From Diplonema japonicum (lineage: Eukaryota > Protista > Euglenozoa: Diplonemea): 64,000 bases of DNA. Shown in pieces: positions 22,100 through 32,855 of this stretch; the first letter of the stretch is position 1, and every line of letters begins with the position of its first letter. The notes below the pieces were generated by a model. The model saw nothing but the letters and a program-made list of their open reading frames with translations. It was not told the origin of the DNA and searched no databases. The stretch is taken from positions 434,001-498,000 of the forward strand of contig OZ025669.1 in NCBI GenBank assembly GCA_964019335.1, given 5' to 3'. The translations under genes and the position numbers were made by a program.

Positions 22100-24252
22100 A
22101 AGAGACATTTAAGGGTACCTGCGGTAAGTGGCAGGACGCCTAAAAAAGAAGACACACACACACACACACACATACACATTGCCAATGTTCCTTAAAGTTT
22201 AAATTGCAGGTGGCATCTGAGACAAAAAAAAGAGAGAAATAAATAATATATATGAGTTAAAGGAGGCCGGTGTTGGCGGCGCCCTGCACAAGAACTGTCT
22301 ACTTGATTACAGGGGGCGCGCCGCGGCCGAGTTGTAGCTTCTTCTGCGTTCGTGTCGTGTCCTTAATGCGTGCGGTGTACAGCTCAACCCCAGCCGGTGC
22401 GTCCCGGGTAGCCAAGATTCTGCGCTCGTGCAGTTTGCTGCCTGTTCGTCACCCTGAGCATCTGCGTTATGTTCTTACACTCGGGCGCTACCGGTGATGA
22501 CCGACGAGGAGGTCAACAGCGAACAACATATCTGATGTTTTTCTTATATTTTCATGTTATCCCCACCACCTAAATAAAGAAGAATAAAATGAGGCCAGTT
22601 TTTTTTTTGGTGGCGCCCTTTGAACATCTTTTTTTTTTTTTTTTTTTAAATAAAATCAAACCCCATTAAAAAAAGACCGGAACTGATAAATCAGTCAAAG
22701 GAAACAAAAAGGTAGCCTAATTACGCACGGAGGGGAGACCCCATCGTCCTTTTTTTTTCTTTTTTTTTTTTTTTTTTCTTTGGCCAAAAACAGCGGTCTT
22801 TTAATGGTAAATGTGTGTTTTCTTATATTTCGGTTTCAGCACGTAATGTGTAATGGAAGACAGACGAAACTAAGTGTGGGCGGGGGGTGGGGTGACTTAT
22901 TGGCTGCATCAAGTTTGCGCTTTGAACGCAATTCTACCACCTATCTGATCGATGTCGCGCAGAAATGGAAAAAAGAAAAAAAAAAGAAAAAAAAAAGGAA
23001 AGTTCAAGAGTGTGAATAGAGTTTTTTTTTTTTTTTTTTTTTTGCATTCCACATAGTTTTTTTTTGTCCCCCCAAGAAGAGGGAAAACAAAAAAAAAGGA
23101 GAAAAAAAGTGTTGTTTTCCACATGTTTTCTTAGAGTTAATTGCGTCTTTTCGTTCTTCTTTCTTTCTTTTTTTTTTTCTTTTTTTTTCCCTTCTTTTTC
23201 TTTTATCAACGATGATGTGTTTTGCAGCACTCAGTATTTCAACAGGGGAGGGATGTCACCCTCACCCTTGGAAGAGGGGAGGGAAAAAAAAAAGAAAAAA
23301 AAAACAGAAAAGAGTCGGTATTATTCGTGTAAATCGAGAGAAGAAAAAAAAAAAGAAGAAAAATCAAATTGTTAACCGTTTAGTACTACACAATTAAAGG
23401 CTGCTTTTACAAAGACCAGCCAGAAAAAAAAAAAGAAAAAGAAAAAAAGAGACTATTTAAGGGTGCCTGCAGTATGTGGCAGGGCACCCTGCTCAAGAAT
23501 CTTCTACTTGATTACAGGGGGCGCACCTCGGCCTAGCTGTAGCTTCTTCTGCGTTCCGCGTTCTGTCCTTAATGCGTGCGGTATGCAACTCAACCCCAGC
23601 CATGAGCATCTGCATTACATTCTTCCACTCGGGCGCTACCGGTGATGACCGACGAGGAGGTCAACAACTTGATGACGTACTTCTTTATATTTTCATATTT
23701 CTGTGCTGTCCCTACAACCAAAAGAAAAAACCGGACTCTAACCCCCCCCCCCCCCCCCCCCCCCCCTTTATTCTCTTCTTCATTCTATATACCCAAAAAG
23801 TAAACTGAAATAAATAACGTTGTTGTTCCTTCTTTATTATTATTATTATTATTATTTTTTTTTTAAATATTATTTTTTACTCTCCTGAAAATTACTTCAC
23901 GCTGTTCTTGGAACTCCAAGCTGTTCTTAAGAAGAGTTGAGGGGGGAAATCCGCCCTCTTCACCGTGGTAAAGGCTGCACACTGCAAAGGACAAGCGAGG
24001 ATGGTCCGAAAGGTTAGGCTTTAATGCTCGTGATAAAGTAGCTTCAGTGCTGTGAAGAAAAATATATATAAGAGTTAAAGGAGGCCGGTGTGGGCGGCGC
24101 TCTGCACAAGAACTGTCTTCTTCTGGTTCTGCGTTGTGTCCTTAATGCGTGAGGGTAGCTCAACGCGCTCGTGCAGTTTGCTGCCTGTTCGTCACCCTGA
24201 GCATCTGCTTTATGTTCTTCCACTCGGCGAACAACACATCGGACCACCTTAA
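22100..24252. repeat. Three diverged copies of a GC-rich repeat (about 22250-22572, 23450-23715, 24062-24252)
   Basis: Shared blocks TTAAAGGAGGCCGGTGT, TACTTGATTACAGGGGGCGC, GTCCTTAATGCGTG, TGAGCATCTGC and GGCGCTACCGGTGATGACCGACGAGGAGGTCAACA; each block is in at least two of the three copies. Confidence 0.9.
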
Positions 24253-24276
24253 AAAAGTGGGGGGGGGGGGGGGGGG

Positions 24277-24718
24277 GGGGGGGTCATATGGTCCTTAAAA
24301 AGGGCCACTTTTTGCCCTTTTTCAGGCTCTTCGCCAAGGGCATTTTGGGCCCTTAAAAAAACTGTACCCACCCCAAAAGTGCCCACAAATCACCCAAACC
24401 CCCGTTTCCCGATGTTTTCCGGCCCCAGAAGTGCCCAGAATCATGTTCTAATTTTGGGGCCCCCGTTTGGTACTTTCCCTATGTAATCCTAGGGGCCCCT
24501 ATTTTATGTTCCCTAGGATTACATAGGGAAAGTACCAAACGGGGGCCCCAAAATTAGAACATGATTCTGGGCACTTCTGGGGCCGGAAAACATCGGGAAA
24601 CGGGGGTTTGGGTGATTTGTGGGCACTTTTGGGGTGGGTACAGTTTTTTTAAGGGCCCAAAATGCCCTTGGCGAAGAGCCTGAAAAAGGGCAAATAACGA
24701 CCCCCTTATGACCCCCCC
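24277..24718. mobile_element. Foldback/MITE-like element with perfect 184-bp internal inverted repeat
   Basis: Arms 24311-24494 and 24511-24694 read as exact reverse complements around a 16-nt spacer. Outer ends are G(n)TCATA and TATGAC(7). Confidence 0.8.
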
Positions 24719-24720
24719 TA

Positions 24721-24901
24721 GGGCTATGCTGGCAGGAAACGTGGAAACGTTTCCGTTTCCGTTCCCGTTTCCGTTTCCATACTTTTCAAAATTCTTATGG
24801 AAACGGCTTCCTTCTTAAGGAAACATAAGGAAACGTTTCCGTATCCGTTTCCCTTTTTTTCAAAAAATGCATGGAAACGCGTTTCCATGCCAGCATAGCC
24901 C
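24721..24901. mobile_element. MITE with about 21-bp TIRs and an internal GGAAAC/GTTTCC array
   Basis: Starts GGGCTATGCTGGCA-GGAAACG and ends CGTTTCCATGCCAGCATAGCCC. TA (or CTAG) on both sides. Confidence 0.85.
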
Positions 24902-25007
24902 TAGGGGGGGGAAACAAAAAAAAAAAAAACTGCTGTAAAAAAGGAAATTTATAGGACAACATTCAAAAATTATTTATCACTTTTTGGTTGCTGCCAAGAA
25001 CGGGAGG

Positions 25008-25048
<41 letters not shown>

Positions 25049-25277
25049 AATTTTCTCATCCCATTCTCAGTTCACGGTATATTTTTCTTCTTCTTCTTTT
25101 TTTTTTTTTTTTTTTATTTCGTGCCAATAGACCCACCCCTTTACAAAAAGGGCGCACTTTTCTAACAAAAGAAAATGGAAAAAAAAAAAAAAAAAAAAAA
25201 AAAAAACAGATATGAAAAACAAAAAACAAAAAAACAAAACGAAAACAAAAAAAAGGAAGTAGAGGCATTTTTCTTTC

Positions 25278-25308
<31 letters not shown>

Positions 25309-26027
25309 TTCCGGTCTCGTCCACCTCAGGTCCTGCGCCGAACTTCATTCCTTCTTTTTTTTTTTCTCCGGGCAGGGAAAGGGGGAGAGCAATTGAAAGT
25401 TGACACACGGAACTGTCAGCACTCTCCGTGATTTTTTGATTGCAGCAAGAAGGGAGAAAGAAAGCAAAACCACAAAACACACTTTTACATAGAAAAAAGG
25501 GGAAAAGGCGGAACTAAAAAAAAGGGGGGGGGGGAATGAAAACAATAAGAAGGGGCTTGTCATGGAACTCGGAAAGGAAAAAGTATTTTTTTTTTTTAAA
25601 TCTCATACACCATATTTTCGCGCACAAGTTGTGCTGCAAGAGAAAAAAAAAAGAAAAAAAATATTAAAAAAAAGGGGAGGAGAGAGAAAAGAAGAAGTAG
25701 AATCTTCACGAATTAAACAATAAAATCATTTATGTAAAAGTAGGGGGGGGGGAAGAATAATAAAAAAGCCTATAGACTGTATTTCCTTTCCCCCCCCCCT
25801 TTTTTGAATTGTTTTTAAAAGTCCTCCCTTCCCCCCCCTTTTTTTTCCATCTTCCTTCCCTTTTATTATGAGCTCAACTCACAGGAAGGGAAGAAGTGTC
25901 CTCTGACCGACTTTCGGAATGAGGAGGGAAAAAAAAAAAAAAAAAAAAGGAAGAGTTGGTGGTGGTGGGGGTAAGGTTTTAAAACTAAAATAACAACAAC
26001 ATTTCCCCCTCTTTTTTTTTTTTCTTT

Positions 26028-28403
26028 TCACCAAAGCAGTGAAGCTGTTTGAACACCCATTTCCCAAATACACAAAAATTCCCGTTGCTCAAACTCAGTC
26101 TTAATGGTCTTGAAGTAAGGCGATCCATCATACACCAACACCCCGTAGTTGTAGTTGGTTTGCAAGAATATCACACCTATAATCTCAGCGATAAACCTAA
26201 AGAACAAGTAGTACGTAGAAGTTTTAATGACATAAGTTCGATGGTGCTTCCAAATGGCTTTCATGCTAAAAGCATCATCCATATCCATAACAGGCGGGGC
26301 TGGCCGATATCTAATAATAACTTTCGCACCATGGTGCACAATGAAAAAAAGAGGAATCCACATCCATCCGTAGTAGAACGCCATCGGCAGCGCGTGCGTC
26401 ACTATTCCAGGAAGCGACACCACAGTCGTCAAGACCAAGACCACCGTGGATGGGAGACCAATCCCCCTCACAAAACCTTTACGAGAAGGACGAAAATTTA
26501 TCAAGAAATACGAAGTCAGCGTTGAACAGTCCGCCATAAGGCTGGGATATCCAGAGTTGAATAGTTTGAAGTAGACCTCCTCGTAGCCCTCCCATGAATT
26601 ATGATGAGCCGCACGCCCCCGATGCCCCTCCTGCAAAACATTGTAAATCGCAAGACCAAACAAAACCACCAGAAATATCGCTTTCAACGACAGCAACGGT
26701 GGTGTAGACGCGACAAACACTGCCATCATGATCCTGCGTTCCATAGGCTGCGGGACCATTAAACATTCGGAGTTGTGATTTTCCTCATTTGAAGGCCTGA
26801 AGCATGCCAATGGTAAAGTTAGCTTTGCGGAGTCCATGAAGCTGACACGCAGTAGTATCTCGCCGTCTTCTGTTTTCGTGCAGGCTATGACCTTCCCCAC
26901 GCAGAGCTCGAAATCTTTGTACCAGTCCTTCCAATGGCTGTCTGCCTTTAACCACGGTTCCTCTATGACCCTTACGTAGTTTGTGCAGTTTGACCGCCAT
27001 AGTAGATTGCTGCTGTCCATCCAGACGTTGATGTTCCCGTCGAGCTCCACCAGTCGTGGTCCTTCTGGGCCCTCTTCCCGTACCACAACGAAGCCTTGGG
27101 AATCGGTGAGCCCCTGCCACAGTGGGTCGGGGTCGCCGGCACTTAGCTCCACTCGAGGTCTTAAGAAAGAGACGTGTGTCCGTGTTGGTGTCACTCGGGT
27201 TACTTGTGCGACTCGACCGAACTCGCCGTCGTTTGCCCGTTGGACCCATTCGTCACAGTCGTGCTCTGCCACAGGACATCCGCAGCTTTTGCAGTCGCTT
27301 ACAATCACACGGGGCTCCACGTTGTACATCGGGGCGAAGGGGTCTTCCTCTTCCTGAACTCCAGTGTGCACAAGGTAATGTTCCTCAACACCATTCCCAG
27401 ACCTCAGCAGCGGTGTCGCTAGTAGTGGGTTCGGTTCGGTGTTGCACCTTGACACGCGTTTGTTCGACCGCCACTTCGATGAGGTGGGCGAGGTAGATGG
27501 GCTCGGCGACTCCGCTCCTTCGGTGCGGTACCGTGACGCCCTTCGTGTGTTCCGTTTTGCCCGCCCAGGCGGCGCTTGGAGTACCAACTGCGACCCTGAG
27601 TGCGTCTTCCCCAACGAGACGGCACCCAGAGACATCCCAAGAGGTGTGGATGGTATCTTCAACGACCCACCGAAACCGTTGGACTCTTCGCTCGCAATGC
27701 TACCCTTCGTGAGGGGCGTCACGGGCGGCTGGGCTTTCGGGCTCTCGACAAGGTCGATGGCAGTAAACATGGAGCTGTTCTCGGCAATTTCCACAAGAGA
27801 GCCTGCGGAGATGGAACGCGAGGGGTCCTCCTGGTCTTCTGCAAAGAGACACCCGCAAATCTTCGGGGGCAGGACCTTGGAACAGTGGTCGAGCTTTTGT
27901 TGGAAGAGTAGGTTGAAGATAATACAAGCGGTGAGGAAGATAAGCACGCCGATGGCTTGGAGGAAGTAAGGTGGGGAGGGGGCTTCTCGGAAAAACCATT
28001 TACAACGAGTGCAATGCGCGCGAAGTGCGTGGGCGGGGGGTGGGCCACACTCGCTTGAACTTATATTTATCACCAACCAAGGCTGACCGCCGCACGAGCC
28101 GTCGGTTGTGTTGAACCATGCCAGCACGGCATCGTCGTCCTTTGCTAGATTATTCGAGCTACCACCGTCAGGGTCCACGCACCGCAACCTCACATCAGTT
28201 CCATTTCCTATGTACTTGATTGGGTCGTCCGCTTTTAGGAGCGACGACTGCACGCACTCCCCGTCCAACGTCCAGTCGGAGTGTACCTCTCCTTGGGTCT
28301 CGTTGCACCCTGCGCTGTCCGGCCAGTACTCCCACCATATGGACCCGCCTTCTGCATTGTGCGCTGATAGGCAGAACAGTAGGATTACTGTTTTGAGGCT
28401 CAT
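26028..28403 (-). CDS. Multi-pass membrane protein with signal peptide and Cys-rich ectodomain
   Basis: 791-aa ORF: signal peptide, TM near aa 146-165, Ser-rich linker, several C-terminal hydrophobic helices. Confidence 0.8.
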   Translation of the reverse strand: MSLKTVILLFCLSAHNAEGGSIWWEYWPDSAGCNETQGEVHSDWTLDGECVQSSLLKADDPIKYIGNGTDVRLRCVDPDGGSSNNLAKDDDAVLAWFNTTDGSCGGQPWLVINISSSECGPPPAHALRAHCTRCKWFFREAPSPPYFLQAIGVLIFLTACIIFNLLFQQKLDHCSKVLPPKICGCLFAEDQEDPSRSISAGSLVEIAENSSMFTAIDLVESPKAQPPVTPLTKGSIASEESNGFGGSLKIPSTPLGMSLGAVSLGKTHSGSQLVLQAPPGRAKRNTRRASRYRTEGAESPSPSTSPTSSKWRSNKRVSRCNTEPNPLLATPLLRSGNGVEEHYLVHTGVQEEEDPFAPMYNVEPRVIVSDCKSCGCPVAEHDCDEWVQRANDGEFGRVAQVTRVTPTRTHVSFLRPRVELSAGDPDPLWQGLTDSQGFVVVREEGPEGPRLVELDGNINVWMDSSNLLWRSNCTNYVRVIEEPWLKADSHWKDWYKDFELCVGKVIACTKTEDGEILLRVSFMDSAKLTLPLACFRPSNEENHNSECLMVPQPMERRIMMAVFVASTPPLLSLKAIFLVVLFGLAIYNVLQEGHRGRAAHHNSWEGYEEVYFKLFNSGYPSLMADCSTLTSYFLINFRPSRKGFVRGIGLPSTVVLVLTTVVSLPGIVTHALPMAFYYGWMWIPLFFIVHHGAKVIIRYRPAPPVMDMDDAFSMKAIWKHHRTYVIKTSTYYLFFRFIAEIIGVIFLQTNYNYGVLVYDGSPYFKTIKTEFEQREFLCIWEMGVQTASLLW

Positions 28404-28489
28404 CTAGGGGGCCCCCCAGCCGCCATCCTGTATGATGCATACGGTAATGTATGAAAAAGAAAAAAAAAAAAAAAAAAAATAGCAAATAA

Positions 28490-29167
28490 TCATCCGGTTG
28501 CTGTTTTGTGTCCGATCACGTTGGCTGCTCTGTCGCTTGCCTTTGCTCGGTCGCCGCCGTCCTTGTGCATCCAGCTGTTCTTTGGCCGTGCGGCCTCCGC
28601 TTCCTTCTCTCCGATGGATTCGTTTATCTGTTTCAGCTTCTCGTCGATGCCGGAGATTCGCTGCACTCTCTCGTCTTCCATCTTCTGTGCAGCCTTTGCA
28701 CCCTCTGCTAGCTGAGCCACGACATCCTTTGGAGGGGATGTGATGGTCACTGTGTACTTCTCGCCTGTTCCAACAGTCCTGAAGGAGGGGGTTGTTATAT
28801 GGTATTGGGGGTTGGTTAGCAAACATACTTTCCCGGGTTTTTAACCTTGATCTTTTTTCCATCCAGCATGAGTTCGACATTCCCGAGCTGCGGTTGCTTG
28901 CTGTCCTGTTGGGGGAAGGGGGAAAAAATTAGGGGAAAAAAAAAAAAAAAAAAAAATGAAAAAGAAAATTGTAAGTACCTTTTCAGCTTTCCCTTGTATA
29001 CATTTGCCGATTTTTGACTTCGACACAAAGGGGATAAACACGCTTAAGAGATAGTCCACTTTCTCACCGGCAAATACCTCTATCACCGTCACCTCGACGG
29101 AGTGTGTGGGTACTGCAGGCGGATTACCACCACCTCCACCTCCACTGTTTCCCTTTTTCGCAGGCAT
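28490..29167 (-). CDS. Hypothetical protein (3 exons)
   Basis: GT-AG introns 28906-28978 (73 nt) and 28779-28828 (50 nt) join three ORF pieces in frame (GKAEK|DSKQ...NPGK|TVGTGEKY). Confidence 0.72.
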
Positions 29168-29484
29168 TTTTTAAGCTTTTTTTTTTGGGGGGGGGAAAGC
29201 AAATCAGCACCCTACCTCCTTCTTTTGTAAAATTTTTAAACGGGTAAATGGTCACAAAAAAAAAAAGTTTTTTTTTTTCTTCCCCCATTAACTGAATAAT
29301 GGCATTTTTTCTTTTGCTTTTTTTTTTTTTTTTTTTTTCTTTTTCTAAAGAATCGAACGAGAACAAAAAAAAAAAAAAAGAAAAAAAATGTAATGTTGGA
29401 GTAGTTATATGAACATGGTTTCAAATTGAGAAAGAAACAAAGAGAGAGGGTGTGTGGAGAACAGGGTTTAAAAAAAAACCCCTA

Positions 29485-30157
29485 TCAAGGAGGAGCAGAG
29501 CAGCCCGAACTGCACGAGGGGAGGAACGCTTGCAACGCAGTCTGATTTTTTTTTTTCTTTTTCTCCTCACCGCCATACCGTGTTAAAAATATCAGGCCGC
29601 CCAGGTGTAAAAGTGACAAATTCACGCAACTCTTGGCTTTCGGTTGTGTAGACAGGAACACCTTGACTATCCTGGCAGATCGTTGTGCCAGAGGGAGAAT
29701 TAACGTATGGGGAAGCTTTTTTTTTTTCTTCTTTTTTTCCCCCCCTTCTTCCCCGTTCCCACATACTGTCTACAACAAAAAGAGTTCCCGTTTTCCCTGT
29801 TTTGGGACCCTTGCAAGACGTTCCATTTGAAACACCGTTCATAAACATAAACCAAGGGTCTGAGAGGGAAGTGTCCAGCTGTGTCCTGCAAGTGCATGTT
29901 GGGGACGGCTGAGTAGGAATCACCACGTAAGTAAAGCTAACGGTTCTTGCATATGGCTGTACCACAATCGTAGTCTGTTCAAGGCCTGTTATGTGTTCGG
30001 ACCATCTCCTTCCGGTACCATCGAACTGCATGGACCCCGCATAAGTCAGCCCCGACCTCACCACCGACAACTCCGCTGTGTAGTCAACCGGCATCGCCCT
30101 GGGATGCATCGTGGCCGCCACTGCCATCGCTAAAATATTTTGTACAATGCACAGCAT
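29485..30157 (-). CDS. Secreted Cys-containing protein, ependymin-related-like (3 exons)
   Basis: Signal-like N-terminus and CTC motif. Introns 29716-29766 (51 nt) and 29542-29578 (37 nt). Ends LPSCSSGCSAPP*. Family call is tentative. Confidence 0.65.
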
Positions 30158-30448
30158 TTCTTTTTTTAAAATCTTTTTTCCCCCAACCTCCTTCGTGTTT
30201 TTTTCCCCATGAGAAAAAAAAAGAAGAGACAGGAGGGGGTTTCATAAGACACGCAAAAAAAAATAGCGGGGGGGGTATAAAAAGCGGCCGCCACTCCATC
30301 CATATTTTTTTTGTATAAATGTTTTTTTTTTTTTCATGTCTATATATTTTTTTTTCTAAGGAAATATGGAACATGGCATGGGAGGGGGAATGTCGCAAAG
30401 AAGTTTTAATAGCGGAAGAGGGGGGGGAAGCACCTGGGTGGAAGGGGC

Positions 30449-30694
30449 CTACAGCCACCGCACGAAGGGATATACTAAAAACAAGAAATTCTCCACCAAC
30501 AGCGCCAAGGATGTCCCACGGACAACGAGCTTGTTCACATGCTCAGTCCATCGCACAGCACCCCGGTCAGTGTAAAGTACCACAGCCCCGTTTCCTCTAG
30601 GACACGTAAACTTGGGTGACAACGTGGCCGCCACCAGTAGTATTGAAGCCAAGGCCACGGTGCTCAAGACCTTTCTTCTCTCTCTCATCTCCAT
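30449..30694 (-). CDS. Small two-TM hypothetical protein
   Basis: 81-aa ATG ORF in a homopolymer-free island, with two hydrophobic stretches. Confidence 0.5.
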   Translation of the reverse strand: MEMRERRKVLSTVALASILLVAATLSPKFTCPRGNGAVVLYTDRGAVRWTEHVNKLVVRGTSLALLVENFLFLVYPFVRWL

Positions 30695-30819
30695 TGTTTG
30701 TGTATTTTTTTTTTCCCCCTTTGTTTTCTTACCAATTTCTTTTTTTGCCACACACAGGGAAGAAAATAGAGAGAAAAAAATATATAAAACCGTAAAATAA
30801 AAAAAAATAAAAAAAAACT

Positions 30820-32262
30820 TTAGAACAGCAAATTCACCTCATTATGAGCGTCAACTGCGGACCACCTTCTCGATATGTTGTCCAGGACATAAGGTGTTGC
30901 GGCGGTTGGGGAGTCAGACTCCGAGGAAGGTGGGCGATCTTGGTGCTCGGTGGCAGGGAGCGGAGCTGGGCAGAATGAAGGCGGGAGGGACGATTTTCGC
31001 GAAGCAGGCATATCAATGGATCCACAACCTGAAGCCGAGCATCTCCTGAGAAGCGTCCTGTCAGGGGGTGTGGCAGGACCGACCGACTTCCTTCTGACTA
31101 TATTGGCTGATATAGATACCTTCTTCACATATTGTGGCTGCTGTTCCCACTCTGTGCCACAGCACACTACCGCCAACGCCCCTGCCACCACGTCACCCCA
31201 CCACTGCACCACAGTCATCTCCATCACGATGGGGCACGACGTTTCAATATTTTTTTTCACAGTCTTCTTCTTCCTGAAGCTCGGTGGGTTTGGTGCTATG
31301 ATCTTCCTGACGGAGCCCCGCCGCCGTTTCTCCCCACAAGGTGCGCTGCGCGGAACTGGCTCTTTTAACGGCTTCACCAAAGAGGGCTGCGGGCTGCTTG
31401 TTGAATACTTGCACTGCGCAGAGGAGGGGACCCGTACCATAGGCTTCGGAGGTGTTTCCAGAACGTTGTTCGAGTCAAGGTTTTCAGTGTAAACTTGATT
31501 TCTTCTTGACGAGAACACCGAAGATGGTGTGGTGGCGGGCTTCTCCTTCAGCCCCGGTAGGGGCGGCTCATGCACAGGCGAGGTTGTGTGAGATGGGACC
31601 GCCACGCACTCTCGCAGTCGGTAGAGCTCCTGCTCGAGCTGGCCTGCCCGGTACTTTGTGCGTTGGTTGGATGCTGCTATCTGCCGTGCACGCTTGCGCC
31701 ATTGGAAGAGCTCCTTGCGCATGTCGAGCATGTGCTGTTGTTCCTCGAGGAGGATGCTGCTCATAGGACGGGAGCTTCGGATCTTCTTAGGCTGCGTTTC
31801 TTCAGGCAACACACTAGTCCATTTCACATTCCTTGAGTTGGAACTGTCGCTCCGCTTGGGGAGCAGCTCTTGAGTGTCAAGGGGTGGTGGCTTTCCTGCT
31901 TCTCGCTTTAGAAGCCTGATAAGCTCGTCTGCCTCGGCAACTTCTGCAGTGTATGTTTCGGTGGTGTTCATCGAAAGGGTCAGCCGGTAGGCTTCCGCTA
32001 GCTCCAAGGCGGTGTCCCCTGCCATCGTCCGTTTCTTCACCATCCGCAGGTATTCCAGCACAGAGCGGTTTTGCCTTAGATGTGCTAGCAGTATTGCTGC
32101 CACCTTGCACCGTCCTCCGTCTGCTGCTACATGAAGTGCTGTCCACCCGAACCGTGTCTTGCTTAACACGCATGCCTCGTCGACACGCAGCAGTCCTTGC
32201 ACCCGCTCCACGTCACCTTCCTTGCAGGCCTTGTGGAGGTCGCTCCACTGCGAGGTGTCCAT
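30820..32262 (-). CDS. Ankyrin-repeat protein
   Basis: SDLHKACKEG, GWTALHVAADGG and GDTALELA, followed by a low-complexity tail. Confidence 0.85.
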   Translation of the reverse strand: MDTSQWSDLHKACKEGDVERVQGLLRVDEACVLSKTRFGWTALHVAADGGRCKVAAILLAHLRQNRSVLEYLRMVKKRTMAGDTALELAEAYRLTLSMNTTETYTAEVAEADELIRLLKREAGKPPPLDTQELLPKRSDSSNSRNVKWTSVLPEETQPKKIRSSRPMSSILLEEQQHMLDMRKELFQWRKRARQIAASNQRTKYRAGQLEQELYRLRECVAVPSHTTSPVHEPPLPGLKEKPATTPSSVFSSRRNQVYTENLDSNNVLETPPKPMVRVPSSAQCKYSTSSPQPSLVKPLKEPVPRSAPCGEKRRRGSVRKIIAPNPPSFRKKKTVKKNIETSCPIVMEMTVVQWWGDVVAGALAVVCCGTEWEQQPQYVKKVSISANIVRRKSVGPATPPDRTLLRRCSASGCGSIDMPASRKSSLPPSFCPAPLPATEHQDRPPSSESDSPTAATPYVLDNISRRWSAVDAHNEVNLLF

Positions 32263-32410
32263 GCCAAGAAGGAGGGTTGTTTGTTTGTTTATATATTTAG
32301 GATTGTCATTATGCTTTTTTTTTTTTTTTTTTTTTTTTTTCTTTCTCTTTTTTCTTTCTTTTCCTTTGGGTAAAACAAACGTTTTCAGTAACTTTTTTTT
32401 TTTATTAAAA

Positions 32411-32701
32411 AAAATTCACTATGATAGGAACGAAGTGGTTAGCAACGGCCCGCCGCGGTGGCGTGCCTACCTTATGATGCTCCCCTTTTCCCCAAAAAAG
32501 ATTCCGGTCGTGTAAGTAAAGGGGGTTTTTTTTTTGTTCCTTGAGATCTGGGCAAAGAAGAAAAATATCGCGTTCTAAGAAATCTGTTTCCCAAACCAAC
32601 AGGAAAGAAGGCAGCATTCAAAGCCAATGGGCAAAAAAAGGGGCAGAAAGAAAAAAAAATTCACTATTGATAGGAACGAAGTGATTAGCAACGGCCCGCC
32701 G
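32411..32701. repeat. Direct repeat of about 45 bp (32411-32455 and 32656-32701), with relatives at 19797-19841 and 50656-50688
   Basis: AAAATTCACTAT(T)GATAGGAACGAAGTG(G/A)TTAGCAACGGCCCGCCG is present twice. Confidence 0.85.
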
Positions 32702-32855
32702 TAAAGAGCGTCCAAAGAAGCTCACACCCAAAAAAAATGACCCCCCCCCCAAGAGATAGAAACAAAAAAATCAACTAAATAATACATAAGAGGAAAAAAA
32801 GAAAAAAAAAAATGGTACACGTCTTATTTCAATTTTTTTTTTTTTTTCCCCTTGC

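Noticed and set aside
22494-22535. C/D-box-like TGATGA...CTGA in repeat copy 1
   Set aside because: Only about 40 nt long, on the strand opposite the gene array, and the D box is not kept in the other copies.
24721-24901. GTTTCC/GGAAAC repeats as a CRISPR array or telomeric repeat
   Set aside because: No regular repeat-spacer period, mixed orientation, enclosed by TIRs, no cas genes, and a eukaryotic context.
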